DNA of 50,755 nt from a virus (taxonomy: Duplodnaviria; Caudoviricetes): IMG/VR virus record IMGVR_UViG_3300037195_001443, positions 1-50,755 of that record. One strand, given 5' to 3'. Below are positions 36,522 through 47,136 of the stretch, in pieces (the first letter of the stretch is position 1; each line of letters opens with the position of its first letter). The position numbers and the translations under genes are program-made. Under the pieces are notes generated by a model that was not told the origin of the DNA, searched no databases, and saw only the letters and a program-made list of their open reading frames with translations.

Positions 36522-37676
36522 ATGAGTAACGGTAAAGTTAGAAAAGAATATGTAGACGGGCGTAAACAGGCTACTGTTATGCCAGATATTAATAGATGGA
36601 TGGCAATGCAGGAGCAAGGCCCGTCTTTGGGTGAAAGATTTGTAGAAAAATACCCTCCTCAGCGGATAGATGATGATCCTGAATTAACGGCAAAGCAGAA
36701 GAGAAATCTTAGTTCTGTCTTAGATTTTCTTACTTGGTCTAATAAAGATGAAATGGAGGAAGAATTATTGTGGACAGCAGCTTTGGGTGCTGGTGCTAAG
36801 GGAGTAACGGGAGGTGTAAAGGCAGCGAAGAGATATTTTGCCAATATTCCGATGAAGGCTCGTAGGGGAGCGCCGACTCCTAAGTTTTCAGATAAATATA
36901 AGGCAATGATGCATGATAAGCCTTTTGATTTTCGTCCTTCAGATATTTATTCAATATTTTCTAAAAGAAGGAGCATGAATATGCCGACTGCTCCTGAAGG
37001 TGTGTCTGATATGCAAAGAAGGTTATATGACAGGTATATGGCGAATATTATGGAGTGGACATCCAGAAAAGGGAACAGTTTTGCCACTTTTAAAAAACTG
37101 CCCCCAGATTTACAGCAAGATATTGCAGGCATGGACTGGGGAAGGGTTGCAGCAGGAGGCAGTAGGACATTTCCGCAGGGATTTACTGGTTATCGGTCAT
37201 CATTTAAGCCAGGATGGGCTCCATCGGGTACTAAAGTGGAGACTGGTGAGTATTTTGCTCAACCTGAGTTTCGTAATGTTTTTGAAAAGATGCTTAGTAG
37301 GAATCCATTACGCTGGTCTGGAGAGCGTTCTTTTCTTAAAGAGACTCCTAGGTCTTTTGATAGGCCTCTGGAGTTTCTGAATACTGGAAAAGCACTTAAG
37401 CTTAGAAAAGTTTTAGATACTGGTAAGCTTACACCTGATGAGCTTAGACGCGCTCAAATTGAATTAATGGGGGATGAAAATTTTCCAGGAAAAATGCTTA
37501 ATGTTTTTAAAGGAAAGAAGGACCCTAAAAAACTTTATATGATGGAAGAGGCCGCGGCATCTGAAAAGCAAATGGACTGGGGAAGAAGAGTCCAGGAAAT
37601 GATAGATGATTTGCATAAACAGTATGACAGAACTGGCAGACCGCTTACTAAAAAGCAAAAAATGGGTAATTATTAG
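36522..37676 (+). CDS. Hypothetical protein, possible virion cargo
   Basis: WTAALGAGAKGVTGGVKAAK glycine-rich helix followed by a basic domain. Confidence 0.55.
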   Translation: MSNGKVRKEYVDGRKQATVMPDINRWMAMQEQGPSLGERFVEKYPPQRIDDDPELTAKQKRNLSSVLDFLTWSNKDEMEEELLWTAALGAGAKGVTGGVKAAKRYFANIPMKARRGAPTPKFSDKYKAMMHDKPFDFRPSDIYSIFSKRRSMNMPTAPEGVSDMQRRLYDRYMANIMEWTSRKGNSFATFKKLPPDLQQDIAGMDWGRVAAGGSRTFPQGFTGYRSSFKPGWAPSGTKVETGEYFAQPEFRNVFEKMLSRNPLRWSGERSFLKETPRSFDRPLEFLNTGKALKLRKVLDTGKLTPDELRRAQIELMGDENFPGKMLNVFKGKKDPKKLYMMEEAAASEKQMDWGRRVQEMIDDLHKQYDRTGRPLTKKQKMGNY

Positions 37677-38593
37677 TGGGCAAACTGAAGGCAGCAAAAG
37701 AGTTAGTTGATTTAGTAAAGGCTAGAAAAACATTAGATCTTTTTGGTAAGCAACAGAAATGGGTTGGTGAATGGGTTGAGGGTCGTAAACGCAATCCTAA
37801 AGTGGATTTTAATAGGTATTGGGATGATATAGACCATTCCGAAAGCTTAATGAGGGGGGATATCCCTTATGCTTTCTATAGATATTCTGACGAGTATGAT
37901 GATCTTGGAAAACACGTTAAAGTTAAAACTCTTGGTTCATGGGAGCCACGGCCTGCAAGTTATGAAGGGGTGGAAGAACTTGGTGATAATATAACTATGC
38001 TGAGGGGCAAAATCCTCGATGGACTAGATGCTCCTCCTTCTCATGGCTACATGCTTCTAAATGATCAATTTATGGATGTACAACATTATCTTAATAGGCG
38101 GAGTTTTTTACATTCTGATATGAGTCCGTACTGGAATATGATGAAAAAAGACCCAGACCGCTATATTAAGTCAACAGGTGCGCATGAAGGTGCGCATGCA
38201 GTTCTTCCTCATGGTGGAAAGGCTACGCCTCAAATGGCAAAATATATGGAAGATATGGAATATAGTACTCGTAAGAGGCGTTTTGGAGAAGGCGAGGGGA
38301 AAGGTCATGCGCGTTGGCGGGCGCAACATCAAACATATCTTGTTCCTGAAGATAAAGAGTTAAAATATCTATTACAGCCAGGAGAAACATGGGCAAGGCT
38401 TATGCAAATTAGAAGAGATCTTGATATTAGCCCGTTAGATTTAAGTGAGGTTAAGCTATCTAAATCTTTTATGAAGATGTCAAAACCTTATAGTGATTTA
38501 AATGTTACTTATGGAGAACCTGAAATACGTAAAATGCTGAGAGTTTTGCCAGCACTTGCAATTATGGAGAATCCAAATAGAAAAAATAAATAA
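37676..38593 (+). CDS. Zincin-like metallopeptidase domain protein
   Basis: HEGAH (HExxH) with a downstream Glu in YLLQPGETWARLMQIR. Confidence 0.65.
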   Translation: MGKLKAAKELVDLVKARKTLDLFGKQQKWVGEWVEGRKRNPKVDFNRYWDDIDHSESLMRGDIPYAFYRYSDEYDDLGKHVKVKTLGSWEPRPASYEGVEELGDNITMLRGKILDGLDAPPSHGYMLLNDQFMDVQHYLNRRSFLHSDMSPYWNMMKKDPDRYIKSTGAHEGAHAVLPHGGKATPQMAKYMEDMEYSTRKRRFGEGEGKGHARWRAQHQTYLVPEDKELKYLLQPGETWARLMQIRRDLDISPLDLSEVKLSKSFMKMSKPYSDLNVTYGEPEIRKMLRVLPALAIMENPNRKNK

Positions 38594-40124
38594 CATAGCG
38601 GTACAGGAAGAGGCTTTAAAGCTTGCCAAAGTAGACTTGATCTCTTTTGGTAAATTATTTCTTCCAGACGATTTTATGCGTAGTGAAACGCCTCCATTTC
38701 ATTATGAGGTAGTTGATACTATTTGCGATCTCAACAATAAACAGGTAGCTGTTATCTTGCCTCGCGGACACGGTAAGACAGTTTTAACAAAAGCTTCAAT
38801 ATTGCGGGATTTTCTCTTTTCAGATGAACCGTTGTTTTATGGCTGGGTATCTGCTACGCAGAAGTTATCGGTTGGCAATATGGACTATGTTAAGTACCAT
38901 TTAGAGTTTAACGAAAAGATTCATTATTATTTTGGTCAAGTAAAGGGCAGAAAGTGGACAGAAGAGGATATTGAACTGAACAATGGCTGCAAACTTATAT
39001 CTAAATCTAACATTTCAGGGATACGTGGCGGTGCTAAACTGCATAAGCGTTATGACCTGATCATCCTGGACGATTTTGAAGATGAGAATAATACGCTTAC
39101 TCCAGAAAGTAGAAGCAAAAATGCTAACCTTATCACTGCGGTTGTTTATCCTGCTTTGGAGCCTAATACTGGTAGGCTTCGTATCAATGGTACACCTGTG
39201 CATTTTGATAGTTTTATTAACAATTTATTAACTAGGGACTCTAAGGCTAAGAAAAATAAAGAGAAATTTTCCTGGAAAGTGATTACTTATACTGCGATAG
39301 ATAAGAAGGGCAATGTTTTATGGCCTAGCTGGTTTTCTAAGAGTAAAATGGAGGAGAAGAAGAAATTCTATCGTGATAGTGGAATGCCTCATAAATTTTA
39401 TCAAGAATATATGATGCAGGTTCAGAGTGAGGAAGATTCTATATTTAACAGAAGGCATATTAAATATCATGATGGTGTTTTTAAGATTGATAGTGATACT
39501 GGTGTACCATTTCTTTATCATGATGGAGTAGAAAAACCAGTCAATGTATTTGCTGGTGTGGACCCAGCTACGGATAGTCAGAGGAGTACATCAGATTATT
39601 CAGTAATAATGATAGTAGCTGTAGATGAGCATAATAATGTGTATGTTTTGGAGTATTTGCGTAAACGCGGTATCCCAGTTCTGGGAATCCCAGGAGAGGA
39701 AAGAATTGGCATTGTTGATTACATGTTTGATTTCCAGAATAAATATCAGCCGAATTTATATGTGGTGGAGGATACTACAATGTCCAGACCAATATTTCAG
39801 TCACTTCGGAGTGAAATGAGGAGGCGTAATGATTTTAGTGTTAGATTTAAAGAGGAAAAGCCTGGGACCCGTTTAAGTAAGCTGGACAGGATACAAACTA
39901 TACTTGCACAGCGTTTTGCTATAGGTTCAATGCACATAAGAAAGAATCATTTTGATTTAGAACATGAAGTTGTAACTTTTGGTCCCCGTATGGCGCACGA
40001 TGATACTATAGATGCGCTTGCCTATGCATGTAAATATGCTTCGCCTCCTGTAAATCTTATGAAGAATAAAGAAGGTATTTATGGCAAACATAAGCCTAGT
40101 CCGAGAAGCTGGGTAACTGCTTAG
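38556..40124 (+). CDS. terL: Terminase large subunit
   Basis: PRGHGKT Walker A; IILDDFED Walker B; INGTP; GVDPA and HDDTIDALAY nuclease motifs; exact start uncertain. Confidence 0.95.
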   Translation: MQLWRIQIEKINNIAVQEEALKLAKVDLISFGKLFLPDDFMRSETPPFHYEVVDTICDLNNKQVAVILPRGHGKTVLTKASILRDFLFSDEPLFYGWVSATQKLSVGNMDYVKYHLEFNEKIHYYFGQVKGRKWTEEDIELNNGCKLISKSNISGIRGGAKLHKRYDLIILDDFEDENNTLTPESRSKNANLITAVVYPALEPNTGRLRINGTPVHFDSFINNLLTRDSKAKKNKEKFSWKVITYTAIDKKGNVLWPSWFSKSKMEEKKKFYRDSGMPHKFYQEYMMQVQSEEDSIFNRRHIKYHDGVFKIDSDTGVPFLYHDGVEKPVNVFAGVDPATDSQRSTSDYSVIMIVAVDEHNNVYVLEYLRKRGIPVLGIPGEERIGIVDYMFDFQNKYQPNLYVVEDTTMSRPIFQSLRSEMRRRNDFSVRFKEEKPGTRLSKLDRIQTILAQRFAIGSMHIRKNHFDLEHEVVTFGPRMAHDDTIDALAYACKYASPPVNLMKNKEGIYGKHKPSPRSWVTA

Positions 40125-40133
40125 GGAGTAATT

Positions 40134-40709
40134 ATGGGTGAAGGTCCAATATACACTGATCCAGAACATGTAGAATCATTATATGCCGATCCCTGGGCTA
40201 CAGATTCACCAGATTATGAACTGTCACATGATGTATTTTCTGATGAAGGCTGGAGAGAGGGAGGGCGTAGTTCTATTGCAGATTCCGAAGTTGGAGAAAA
40301 TGGTGATTACAATCTTAGAAATAGAAGGAATATGTTCGATACTGCTATGTATAATAATGATGGTTATACTCCAAACTATGTTGATAATGCTCACAATAAG
40401 GTTGATGCTCCAGAATTTTGGAATGAGATTAATAATTTTGAACCAGATTTAAGAGATGATTTATGGGGAGTTCTTAAAGCTGGTAGATATTCTTATCAGA
40501 ATGGGACTGACCAGAATAAAAGAAATACCAATTGGGGTAATTTACAGGATGTAGTTTGGGCAGATAAATATTTAAAAAATAAAAGGGCTGGTGCGAGAAG
40601 GCATACAGAAAGAATGGGTCCTGATCACCAATTTGGTGAATTAAGGAGAAGTGAAGATCCTACTATTAATGGTTTACTGGGTCAATTTGAAGGGAAAGAT
40701 GCATTTTAA
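40134..40709 (+). CDS. Acidic hypothetical protein
   Basis: AGGGAG RBS. Confidence 0.6.
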   Translation: MGEGPIYTDPEHVESLYADPWATDSPDYELSHDVFSDEGWREGGRSSIADSEVGENGDYNLRNRRNMFDTAMYNNDGYTPNYVDNAHNKVDAPEFWNEINNFEPDLRDDLWGVLKAGRYSYQNGTDQNKRNTNWGNLQDVVWADKYLKNKRAGARRHTERMGPDHQFGELRRSEDPTINGLLGQFEGKDAF

Positions 40710-41189
40710 ATGGCAAATAATATTATAATTAGTTCTAGTTTTGAAACAGTTATGGATGTAACTCAGACTCTTGGCGGGAAAGCATATAATTTTAAAGCCA
40801 GAGATCAGATTATAGGTGCTAGTAGCGGGAAATTTACTAATACATATAACGCGGCTAAGACAAAGAAGATTGTTATGGTATTAAATGACACTACCAAGGA
40901 TGAGTGGGAAGAGGCAGGTGTTGGTGGAGGTCAGTCTACAGTAACAACTGGTGGTGGATATACTGGTGCGACTGTAAATATGTTCTATCTTAGTTTTGAT
41001 AGTGAGGTAGGAAGTGGTAAGACCGTTACTGTTTATACTAATGATGTGACTAATGGGATACTTACTGTTGGGCAATCAATTATTATTCCTCTTGTTATAG
41101 ATTCGGATGAAATATATATAAAGGGTTCTGAGGCTTATACTGCTGATGTTTCTGAAATTCACATAACAATGATAGCTACGGCAAATTAA
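40710..41189 (+). CDS. Putative virion structural protein (beta-rich)
   Basis: Thr/Gly/Val-rich; immediately before the portal. Confidence 0.5.
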   Translation: MANNIIISSSFETVMDVTQTLGGKAYNFKARDQIIGASSGKFTNTYNAAKTKKIVMVLNDTTKDEWEEAGVGGGQSTVTTGGGYTGATVNMFYLSFDSEVGSGKTVTVYTNDVTNGILTVGQSIIIPLVIDSDEIYIKGSEAYTADVSEIHITMIATAN

Positions 41190-43429
41190 TGGCTAAAGTA
41201 GGCGAAAAAGCAGATAGAATAAGGAATTTATTCAATTCTCTTAATAATGCTCATCGTATAGATTGGGAATCAATAAATCAAGAGGGATATGATTTTTATC
41301 TCGATAATCAGCTTTCAAAACAGGAAGTTGAAGATTTGCAGGACCAAGGTATGCCTACATTTACTGTAAATAGAATTATACCAGTTGTAGAGATGCTGGA
41401 TTTTTATGCTACTGCCAACAGTCCGCGCTGGCAAGCTGTAGGAACTGAGGGAAGTGATAGTGATGTAGCGGCTGTGTTCTCTGATGTTGCAGATTATATC
41501 TGGCAGCAGTCTGATGGTTCTACTTTGTATTCTAATGTTATTAATGATGCAGTTACCAAGAGTATAGGGTATATGATGGTAGATGTTGATTCAAATGCTG
41601 ACAGGGGTATGGGTGAAGTAATATTAAGGAATCCTAATTCATTTGATATTTATGTTGACCCGAAGTCCCGTGACCCTCTCTTTCGGGATGCTTCTCACGT
41701 ACTTATAAGAAAGATACTGCCCAAGACACAGTTGATTAATCTATATCCAGAGTATTCGGCAAAGATAAAGCGGGCTTCGGGCAATTACTCAGAATTTAAT
41801 TATTCTCCGAATGATGCTAATTCAGCAGATTTTCAGATTAATGATATTAATATGGCTTTTGATAGAAAGGGCGGTGATGATCCTTTAATTGATTACATTG
41901 AATGTTATGAGAAGGAAAGTCGTCCATATTGGAATGTATTTATCCAGATTCCTCCTACAAGAGAAGCGTTGCAGAAGGCTCAGGAGCAGGTAGATGCTCA
42001 ATTAAAAGAAATGTCTGAAGAAATGGAAGTTCAGATACAGGAATTGCAAAATCAGTTGCAACAGGGGGTAGAAGCTGGTGAGGTTCTTCCAGATAGAATG
42101 CAGTTAGAGATTGAAAAGGCAGTTAAGCAGAATGAAGCTCAATTGGCTAAGGCATCCGAAGAAATGCTGGCAAAAGCACAGCAGGAACTTGTAGTTACTG
42201 AGAATCAGGTAGTTCCAGACAAGGTCTATAAAGTTATGCTGAAGGATGAAATGACTGCTAATTATATAGTAGATGCAGTGAAATTTTATAAAAAGATTGT
42301 CAAGCTTACCTGTATTGTTGGCGACCAGTTACTTAAAGAAAAAGATTTACCCACATCACATTACCCCATTGTCCCTTTCACATACAAATGGACTGGCACA
42401 CCTTTCCCGCTCAGTGCTGTTTCACCTCTCGTTGGTAAGCAGAAAGAAATCAACAAAGCACACCAGCTTATGGTACATAATGCATCCCTAGGTTCTTCTT
42501 TAAGGTGGATGTATGAAGAAGGTTCGGTTGACACTGCTTACTGGGAGAAGTATTCATCTGCGCCAGGGGCATTGCTCCCTGTCAATAGCGGATATGAAAC
42601 ACCTACGCCAGTTTTGCCGATGCAGTTGTCTAATGCCTTTGCTAATATTGTTGAGGGCGGTAAGAATGAAATGGAGTATCTTGCTGGAATATGGTCTAAT
42701 GCTATGGGTAACCCAAGTGAGCAGTCAGAGACATACCGCGGTATGCTTGCTATGGATGAGTACGGGACCAGAAGAGTAAAGCAATGGATGAAATCTTCTA
42801 TTGAGCCAGCCTTAGTGCAGCTTGGGAAGGTTGTAAAGGATTATTCTCAGGCAGTATATAAGGCGCATAAGGTTTTCCGACTTGTCCAGCCTAATGATCT
42901 TCAGGAAGAGGGTAAGCAGGTAGAGATGAATATTCCTATTTATAATGATATGGGAGAAGCGGTTGGCAAGTACCTAGATTATGAAACTGGTAAATTTGAT
43001 GTGAAAATAGTAGCTGGCTCAACATTGCCAGTGAATAGATGGGCTTATTTAGCCGAATTAAAAGAATTATTAAAACTTGGCGTTGTGGACGATATAGCAG
43101 TATTGGCCGAAACAGATGTACGGCAAAAAACAAAAATCGCACAACGCAAATCCTTGTACGCTCAAATGCAGGGACAGATTGCCGAACTGGAAGAAAAAGT
43201 AAAAGACCAGGACGGAATCATGCAGACCTTAGAAAGACAGTTAGTTCAGTCTGGCATAAAAGCAAAGGTCATGCAAGTTGAGAATGAAGTTCGCAAGAGT
43301 GCAGGTGATGCCCAACTGAAGATGAGAGATACTGCTCGTGGAATGGCATCCGATAGAGAGCAGACTGCTGATAAATTGCGATTAATTGAACAACAAGCAA
43401 AGCTACAAGGAAAAGCAAATGGAAGCTGA
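41189..43429 (+). CDS. Portal protein (P22-like)
   Basis: FYLDNQLS…MPTFTVNRI.P; YVDPKSRDPLF.DA; YPIVPF; QKEINK; FDVKIVAGSTLP; C-terminal coiled coil. Confidence 0.9.
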   Translation: MAKVGEKADRIRNLFNSLNNAHRIDWESINQEGYDFYLDNQLSKQEVEDLQDQGMPTFTVNRIIPVVEMLDFYATANSPRWQAVGTEGSDSDVAAVFSDVADYIWQQSDGSTLYSNVINDAVTKSIGYMMVDVDSNADRGMGEVILRNPNSFDIYVDPKSRDPLFRDASHVLIRKILPKTQLINLYPEYSAKIKRASGNYSEFNYSPNDANSADFQINDINMAFDRKGGDDPLIDYIECYEKESRPYWNVFIQIPPTREALQKAQEQVDAQLKEMSEEMEVQIQELQNQLQQGVEAGEVLPDRMQLEIEKAVKQNEAQLAKASEEMLAKAQQELVVTENQVVPDKVYKVMLKDEMTANYIVDAVKFYKKIVKLTCIVGDQLLKEKDLPTSHYPIVPFTYKWTGTPFPLSAVSPLVGKQKEINKAHQLMVHNASLGSSLRWMYEEGSVDTAYWEKYSSAPGALLPVNSGYETPTPVLPMQLSNAFANIVEGGKNEMEYLAGIWSNAMGNPSEQSETYRGMLAMDEYGTRRVKQWMKSSIEPALVQLGKVVKDYSQAVYKAHKVFRLVQPNDLQEEGKQVEMNIPIYNDMGEAVGKYLDYETGKFDVKIVAGSTLPVNRWAYLAELKELLKLGVVDDIAVLAETDVRQKTKIAQRKSLYAQMQGQIAELEEKVKDQDGIMQTLERQLVQSGIKAKVMQVENEVRKSAGDAQLKMRDTARGMASDREQTADKLRLIEQQAKLQGKANGS

Positions 43430-44300
43430 AACTATGGCAAACCCAGAAGTTGAAGAAAACATGCCGTCACAAGAGGCAGTTAATGAATCAATTTTTGGCT
43501 CCGATGGCAACTTCTTCGCTGATCTTGACCGAGAGGTCAACGGATCTATTTTAGATCCAATTGATGAGCCGATTGATGTATCAGAAACTCAGTCCCCAGC
43601 ACCCCCAGTTAATGTGGAAGCTGGTAACACTGACCCTGTTGAAACGGTAAATTATGAGAAACGGTACAAGGATTCATCCCGCGAGGCGCAAAAGATGAAA
43701 CAACAACTGGATGAAGTTGAACCGTTTATGCCTCTTCTTCAACTTATGAATGAAGATGAAGGTTTAGTTGATACAGTAAAACAGTACTTAGTTGACGGGA
43801 AAAAACCACCTCAGTTTGAGGTCCCAGAGGATTTTGAATTTGATATTCAGGAAGCAATGAACGACCAAAATTCAGATTCAGCAAAATACTTTAGTACGTT
43901 GATGGATAATACAGTAAGTCAAAAAGTCAATAACATCATTGGTGAAGAACGTGTTCGTGATGAACAGGAACAGTCCAAAGCTTATATGGCCCAACAGGCT
44001 AATCAGTTTAAGGAACGTATGAAGATGAATGATGGTGATTTTGAAGAAATGATGAACTGGGCAAATGATCATAAAATGTCGTTTGATGATCTTTATTACA
44101 TGAAGAACCGTGATAAAATCAATCAAAACGTCAGTAATTCAACGAGAAAGGATATGCTGAACCAAATGAATGCTGTTAGGGATATTCCAGCTTCGCAGAG
44201 CAATATGAACTCTGTAAAAGTTGAAGAAGACCCTAACAAGGCGGTTCTCGATGCACTCAAGGGACTAGACGGAAGCGTGGATAATATATTCTCTGACTAA
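43419..44300 (+). CDS. Capsid scaffolding protein
   Basis: Acidic and helical, NYEKRYKDSSREAQKM; lies between portal and MCP. Confidence 0.75.
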   Translation: MEAETMANPEVEENMPSQEAVNESIFGSDGNFFADLDREVNGSILDPIDEPIDVSETQSPAPPVNVEAGNTDPVETVNYEKRYKDSSREAQKMKQQLDEVEPFMPLLQLMNEDEGLVDTVKQYLVDGKKPPQFEVPEDFEFDIQEAMNDQNSDSAKYFSTLMDNTVSQKVNNIIGEERVRDEQEQSKAYMAQQANQFKERMKMNDGDFEEMMNWANDHKMSFDDLYYMKNRDKINQNVSNSTRKDMLNQMNAVRDIPASQSNMNSVKVEEDPNKAVLDALKGLDGSVDNIFSD

Positions 44301-44321
44301 GTGTGAAAAATAAAGGAGTTT

Positions 44322-45869
44322 ATGATGGCTGACAGCCCTCTATATCTCAGTACTCACGGGCAACAGCCCACTGCTACTGGCGATCCAGCAAAGATTGGTG
44401 ATCTTAGGAGAAGGTATAATTTCGGTGCCGCGGTAACGGAATTAGCCATAGACCAAACACCATTTTTTAGATTTGTATCGCAGGTGGCAAACAAACCTAC
44501 AGACGACCCCGAATTCAAAACAACCGAAGAGCGCTCCATGTGGCATAAGCGTTATGCTTATGCGGTGGCGATTGATTTGGATACACCAGTTCCAGTATTG
44601 AATGATGATGCTGGATACGTTCACACTGCTTTCTCTAATGCTGAGTTGGCGCAAGATCAGACTTTTGCAATAAAATTCGAATGCGATTACGAATCTGCTG
44701 GAAATGTGCAATCTATTCTTGGTCAAACTGCAGTTACCAGAGGAGCTACTGGAACGAAACCGATCTTCTTTTTAGATGGTCAGTTGGTTAAAATTCCATT
44801 GTTCAAAACCACTGTTAATAATGGTGCAGTTGGCACGGTAACTGGACGTGATTACATGATCGTTCAAATATCCGCTGTTGGCGATGGAACTTCAGATACG
44901 GAAGCTGTATATGCTACCTGTACTGTGATCAGACCTGCTGCTTCTGGATATAATGCTCTTGGACTTGCGGTTGCACATGCTAGTGATGGATCATATGATA
45001 CTATGAGTGCTTCTGGTCATACAGAAGAGCATAAGTGTTATGTTGTTGGTTCAGCACATGCTGAAGGAAGCACATTTCCAAGCACCTTTAAAGATTCGCC
45101 TTATCTGGTTCGTACTGGATACACGCAAATCTTTAAAACCACCATGCAGATGACAAATACGGCTCGGGCAACCCAGCTTAAACTTGTCTCTGATGAATGG
45201 GGCAGGATTTGGAAGAACAAGCTGATTGAGCATAAATGGGATATTGAACAGGCTCTCCTGTTTGGTCGTGGTTATGTAACTGGAGATGGTTCTACTTCTA
45301 GAACTAGTTATACCCAGGGTGCAGTTGATTACATCTTGCAGGAAGGTAACGTGTTTTCGTGGACAACAGCTAAGGATTCAGATGACTTTCTAGAAGATAT
45401 GAGCGATTTCCTGGACCCGCGTTATAATAATTCCAATTCTACGCTTTTCATGTGTAGTACAGATGTTTATAACTGGTTGCACAAACTTGGTGGTTACTTT
45501 GCTCAGAATGTCAATGCTGTTGGAGCAGGTACTGCTAATGGTATGGGCCGTGCAGACTTTGCAGTTACTGGAAAGTCCAACAAGTACGGGCTTGGTATTA
45601 CTACAATCAGTACACCTTATGGGAACATGAACGTTACCCGCAATATCCACTTAGATAGTGGACAAGGCGGTGCAAAGATCGTTGGTGTGAACATGAAGCA
45701 CGTTGCTTATCGTCCGCTGGTAGGTAATGGTCTTAACCGAGATACGTCAATTTATGTTGGCGTTCAGTCCCTGGAAAACACTGGTGTTGACCGCAGGATT
45801 GATCTGATCCAGACCGAATCTGGTTTGCAGATTGTAATGCCTGAAGCGCACGCTGTTTGGACTGGTTAA
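44322..45869 (+). CDS. Major capsid protein (HK97 fold, DUF5309/SU10-like, with inserted domain)
   Basis: TPFFRFV…TDDPEFK; GSAHAEGS; YTQIFKT; EHKWDIEQALLFG; TESGLQIVMPEAHA; strong AAGGAG RBS. Confidence 0.9.
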   Translation: MMADSPLYLSTHGQQPTATGDPAKIGDLRRRYNFGAAVTELAIDQTPFFRFVSQVANKPTDDPEFKTTEERSMWHKRYAYAVAIDLDTPVPVLNDDAGYVHTAFSNAELAQDQTFAIKFECDYESAGNVQSILGQTAVTRGATGTKPIFFLDGQLVKIPLFKTTVNNGAVGTVTGRDYMIVQISAVGDGTSDTEAVYATCTVIRPAASGYNALGLAVAHASDGSYDTMSASGHTEEHKCYVVGSAHAEGSTFPSTFKDSPYLVRTGYTQIFKTTMQMTNTARATQLKLVSDEWGRIWKNKLIEHKWDIEQALLFGRGYVTGDGSTSRTSYTQGAVDYILQEGNVFSWTTAKDSDDFLEDMSDFLDPRYNNSNSTLFMCSTDVYNWLHKLGGYFAQNVNAVGAGTANGMGRADFAVTGKSNKYGLGITTISTPYGNMNVTRNIHLDSGQGGAKIVGVNMKHVAYRPLVGNGLNRDTSIYVGVQSLENTGVDRRIDLIQTESGLQIVMPEAHAVWTG

Positions 45870-45879
45870 AACAATCAAA

Positions 45880-45947
45880 ATTGAGATAAAATAGATCTCA
45901 ATGTCGGGGGCGGATTCATAATGCGGTTTTCTTGGTCCCGCCCCCGA
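45880..45947 (+). terminator. Tandem hairpins after the MCP gene (terminator, attenuator or stabiliser)
   Basis: ATTGAGAT/ATCTCAAT (45880-45902) and TCGGGGGCGG/CCGCCCCCGA (45904-45947). Confidence 0.6.
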
Positions 45948-45966
45948 TCTGATTTAAGGATAAGAC

Positions 45967-47136
45967 ATGGCAGCGTTTAAAGCTCAGATAGAGAACTTTG
46001 CTGGTACTATAGATACTGAAGATTATACTACTGCCCTTGATAATGGAATCAAGGATGTAGTTAATCGGATGATGAAGATATCGCCAGAGAGTGTATATCA
46101 ATTTGCCAGTTCTTCTACGAATACTGTTGGCAATTCTTATGTTACAGTAGATGATACAGACAAGGTTCTTGATGTTGTCAGGTTAGAAAGCGGGGTGGGT
46201 AAGAATTGTACAGAATTACCAGCTAATTTAAGATTGATGGCAGATGATAGTACATCTCTCCATAAAGCTACAGTTGAGTATCCTGTATTTTATAAGTATC
46301 AAAGTAAAGTATATGTTTTACCTAGCACAACTACAGTTGACAACATATATGTAAACAAGGTTGTTTATGGTACAATAACCAACGCGTCATCTGGGACAAG
46401 TGCAATATCCAGTTTTCCTAGCGGTCTTTATCCTTTGGTGGTATTGTATGCGTCTGTACAGGTTTTGATGGAAAAGGTAGCTGAGTTTACTTTAGAGACT
46501 GATATTGACCTGTCTGCTATATACAGCAGTGCTTTAGGTGTGCCGACTGCTCCAGATTTTACTGATCCGTCGCCATCACTTCAAGATGCTACTAGCACGG
46601 TTACAAAGACATTAAGTACTGGTACTCCAGATTATTCTAAGCCTCTGTCATCATTTGATACGGCTCAATTTGAGACATTTTTGGAAACTGAGGAGGATCC
46701 TGAACTTGCTCAAGTGCAGTTAGGTAGACTGAATAAGGAACTTGGAGAATACCAGGCAGATATTCAGAATGAATTAAATGAATTTAATAAAGAAAATGCC
46801 ATTTGGACGGCTAATGTTCAGAGAGATATGGCTGAATTGCAGGGTCAGGTACAGGCAGATGTTGCAAAAATGCAAGCCAGTACTAATGTTGATACTCAGG
46901 CTAAAGCACAAGTTTTACAAAAAGAAAGTCAAGAATATGCTCAGAAAGTGGCAATATTCCAGGCTGACTGGCAAAGAGTGGCGGCTGAGGTTGGTGCTAA
47001 GATTCAGGAATGGACAACAAAGTATCAAAAGGACTCTCAGCAGTATACATGGTTAATGGAAAGAATTATACATCTCCAGCAAAGGTATGAGCGTGAGTTT
47101 CAGCCTTATGCTAATAAAGGTGAGGAGGCAGCATAA
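45967..47136 (+). CDS. Head-tail adaptor / tail tubular A-like protein with long coiled-coil extension
   Basis: PVFYKYQSKVYVLP…FPSGLYPLVVLYAS; Gln-rich coiled coil. Confidence 0.6.
   Translation: MAAFKAQIENFAGTIDTEDYTTALDNGIKDVVNRMMKISPESVYQFASSSTNTVGNSYVTVDDTDKVLDVVRLESGVGKNCTELPANLRLMADDSTSLHKATVEYPVFYKYQSKVYVLPSTTTVDNIYVNKVVYGTITNASSGTSAISSFPSGLYPLVVLYASVQVLMEKVAEFTLETDIDLSAIYSSALGVPTAPDFTDPSPSLQDATSTVTKTLSTGTPDYSKPLSSFDTAQFETFLETEEDPELAQVQLGRLNKELGEYQADIQNELNEFNKENAIWTANVQRDMAELQGQVQADVAKMQASTNVDTQAKAQVLQKESQEYAQKVAIFQADWQRVAAEVGAKIQEWTTKYQKDSQQYTWLMERIIHLQQRYEREFQPYANKGEEAA

Noticed and set aside
38176-38198. Tandem 11-bp repeat AGGTGCGCATG
   Set aside because: Encodes GAH-E-GAH at the HExxH site; explained by the protein sequence or a local duplication, with no evidence of separate function
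42351-42430. Local C-rich patch in the portal gene
   Set aside because: Largely explained by a Pro/Thr/Ser-rich conserved portal peptide
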